Assembly (NCBI GenBank): GCA_951813565.1
Contig: OX638351.1
Span: forward strand, 1,248,001-1,312,000
Length of the DNA stretch: 64,000 bases
Direction of reading: 5' to 3'
Source: an uncultured Poribacteria bacterium
Lineage (GTDB): Bacteria; Poribacteria; WGA-4E; WGA-3G
The notes beneath the pieces were generated by a model. That model saw only the letters and a list, made by a program, of their open reading frames with translations. It was not told where the DNA came from and searched no databases. Positions 61,574 to 64,000 of the stretch are shown one piece after another (the first letter of the stretch is position 1; every line of letters starts with the position of its first letter). The position numbers and the translations under genes are program-made.

Positions 61574-64000
61574 ATGAAAAACGATGATGTTCAACTCATT
61601 CATCGTATTCTTGATGGTGATGATACCGCTTTCACCGAACTTGTGGAAAAATATCAAAAGTCTGTCCACGCGCTGGCTTGGCGAAAAATTGGGGATTTCC
61701 ACATCGCTGAAGAGATTACACAGGATACCTTTCTGAAAGCGTATCAGAACTTAAGCACACTCAAGAGACCGCAACGTTTCGCCAGTTGGTTATATGTGAT
61801 TGCATCACGACGCTGTCTTGCATGGCAACGTAAAAAGCGTATATTGACAAAGCCTTTGGAAGAAACAAGCAGCGCGCAGATTGAAAAAGAAACATATTCA
61901 CAATATGTTGTTAATGAAAATTCGCGGATCACCGCAGAAACACAACGCGATGTCGTTAAGAAGTTGCTTGCAAAATTACCAGAAAGTGAACGCACGATTA
62001 TCACATTACATTATTTCAGTGAGATGTCCAGTTCAGAAATTGGTGCATTTTTAGGTATATCAGCAAATACGATTAGAAGTCGTCTTCGCCGCGCACAGCA
62101 ACGTTTACAAAAGGAGGAAACAATGATTAGAGAAGCTCTCGACCATTTTCAAATTTCACCTAACTTAACCGATAACATCATGCAAGAAATCAATCGTCTT
62201 AAACCCGCTGCGCCTTCTGCAAGTAAACCTTTGGTGCCATGGGTAATTGCTGCTTCAAGTGCTATTTTGATTGTGTTGATGCTTGGTATAGGTAGTCGAT
62301 ACTTAGCGCTTTTTCAGAAACCTTATAGTTTAGATGCACAAGCTGAAACAACCGTTGAACTCGTTGATACCCATGTTGTGTTAAATGTTGACACGAAGCC
62401 AGATGTTCGGCGTGAGCTTGGGAGTTCAAATGTACTTGGTAAAAGCAATAACCGCGGAGAGAAACCGGATGAGGTATTACTGGCTGCAGCGCAGACAGAA
62501 GGAGAAGACATAGTTGCACCTAAACAGCAGTGGATTCAGGCTAAACCTATTAAGGGGAGTGGCGCGGGTAGTTTTTGGGCAACACCTGAAGGAGACCTCT
62601 ATACTGATGTTCATGGGAACTTCTTCAAATTGCCTGTTAACGAACAAGAGTGGCAACACATCTTTGGAATTTGGACATTGAATACCCGATGGAACAAGGG
62701 GGCACCTTTTGCAAAATGGAACAATTCCCTTTACATTATACCATCTAACGAACTTTTTGTTTCAAAAGATGATGGTCAGACTTGGGATTTGGTACACTCC
62801 TGGCCAAGTGAACATTCGCCGATTAAATTGATACCAACAGAGCAAGCGTTTTATGCCGCTTTTGAGAGCGGGAATATTTTCCGCTCCAAGGACGCTGGCA
62901 AGACATGGGAAGAATTAAACAATGGGATAATGGGGCATATTGGATCTTTGGTCAAAATCCAAAACACGTTGTTTGCTGGAACAGATACCGGATTCTATCG
63001 TCTCAATGCTGACAGCTGGGAACGTATAAAGTTTCCAGTACCTACAATTGGCGGAATTAAATCGGTTGCATCAACGGAAGAGAAACTTTATGTTGCGGCA
63101 GAGCTGAGTTGGGATGTGTTAAATACTACTAAAGTTGACGAAGGACAGCAGCGTGCTTGGTGGATATTTCGTTCAACGGATATCGGGGATTCGTGGCAGG
63201 ATATAACACCGACAAACGCTTGGCCTGTAAAAGGTTTTATGCCTTATATTAAACTTATTGCTGCCGGTGAAACACTCTTAGTTATGGAAAGAGGCATGGT
63301 GCGTTCTACTGATGGTGGAAATACATGGATGCCTCCACAATTAGCAGGCACATCACCTAATATGGATAGTTGGAGTTCTGCTGTGGTGGTGAACACAGAT
63401 ACTATTTATGTCAGTAGCGGGGACGGCCTTCATCGTTCCACTGATGGCGGCAAATCATGGGAAATAGTAAAAATTACTCCGGATGAGAGAGAGATTGATA
63501 ACCTAATAACGATCAAAAAAACTGATAGCGGTCAAAACATGTTTCCAACTCTCTATGGAAGTGTCGGAGAAGAGATAGTAAAAACAACCGACATGGGAAA
63601 GTCTTGGAAAACTATTCAAATAGAAATACCAATGAATGAACCCTACAGAGAAGACCCACCAAGGATTACTCATCTTTTTAAATCTGGTGGTGTTATTTAT
63701 GCTAAAGGTGGGAAAAATAACGGATTCTCCCAAGAATTGCGTTTATATCGTGTATCTACAAATAGCACTAAGTTGGTACGGATTCAAGGTATTCCTTATT
63801 TTGACACGGATACGTTGAAACGCCAATTGTCTCAAAATCTCTCTGTGGAAAAGTTGCAAGACAGTTCTGCTGGTGCAGCCCAGTTCTTCAAACAAGTGGT
63901 TACAGATCCTCAAATGCGAAATACACTTATCAGGTTAGGGTTTCATGGACCGTTTGCAGTCAGTGGTGACACGTTCTATATGGAATACAACTTTAAGCTC
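61574..64000 (+). CDS. ECF sigma-70-TM-BNR propeller fusion (runs off the window end; absent from the ORF track)
   Basis: ggagg RBS, MKNDDVQLIHRILDGD...; SKDDGQTW and STDGGNTW; same frame ends SGDTFYMEYNFKL, matching the 33040 paralog. Confidence 0.88.
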   Translation, partial: MKNDDVQLIHRILDGDDTAFTELVEKYQKSVHALAWRKIGDFHIAEEITQDTFLKAYQNLSTLKRPQRFASWLYVIASRRCLAWQRKKRILTKPLEETSSAQIEKETYSQYVVNENSRITAETQRDVVKKLLAKLPESERTIITLHYFSEMSSSEIGAFLGISANTIRSRLRRAQQRLQKEETMIREALDHFQISPNLTDNIMQEINRLKPAAPSASKPLVPWVIAASSAILIVLMLGIGSRYLALFQKPYSLDAQAETTVELVDTHVVLNVDTKPDVRRELGSSNVLGKSNNRGEKPDEVLLAAAQTEGEDIVAPKQQWIQAKPIKGSGAGSFWATPEGDLYTDVHGNFFKLPVNEQEWQHIFGIWTLNTRWNKGAPFAKWNNSLYIIPSNELFVSKDDGQTWDLVHSWPSEHSPIKLIPTEQAFYAAFESGNIFRSKDAGKTWEELNNGIMGHIGSLVKIQNTLFAGTDTGFYRLNADSWERIKFPVPTIGGIKSVASTEEKLYVAAELSWDVLNTTKVDEGQQRAWWIFRSTDIGDSWQDITPTNAWPVKGFMPYIKLIAAGETLLVMERGMVRSTDGGNTWMPPQLAGTSPNMDSWSSAVVVNTDTIYVSSGDGLHRSTDGGKSWEIVKITPDEREIDNLITIKKTDSGQNMFPTLYGSVGEEIVKTTDMGKSWKTIQIEIPMNEPYREDPPRITHLFKSGGVIYAKGGKNNGFSQELRLYRVSTNSTKLVRIQGIPYFDTDTLKRQLSQNLSVEKLQDSSAGAAQFFKQVVTDPQMRNTLIRLGFHGPFAVSGDTFYMEYNFKL

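Overview
Bacterial chromosome segment of roughly 40% GC (estimated by eye). Several hallmarks suggest Candidatus Poribacteria or a relative (inference only): ECF sigma factors fused to WD40/BNR propellers, secreted proteins ending in a 'KLxTxWGxLK' motif, a PhyH dioxygenase and a TPR protease. Housekeeping islands (holA, CCC transporter/MscS, a partial pst/phoU operon, small metabolic genes) alternate with a plastic accessory region. Main observations: (1) five membrane-tethered ECF sigma-sensor fusions, and possibly a decapitated sixth, that share a nucleotide-homogenised linker; (2) a matching ECF-type promoter motif, TG[C/A]A[A/C][C/T]-N17/18-[C/T]GTC, found 8 times in front of these genes and of surface-protein genes; (3) a five-copy mosaic array of secreted TolB/PD40 propellers with hypervariable loops; (4) eight secreted proteins sharing a C-terminal WGxLK-like tag, near two unusual DUF4252-POTRA-Omp85 barrels; (5) a complementary-degenerate PstB pair; (6) many IS982/IS701/ISAs1 elements, MITEs, REPs and nested 'AATCAAC' micro-hairpins. 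No rRNA, tRNA or CRISPR array was recognised. All domain calls are by motif recognition; no database search was run.
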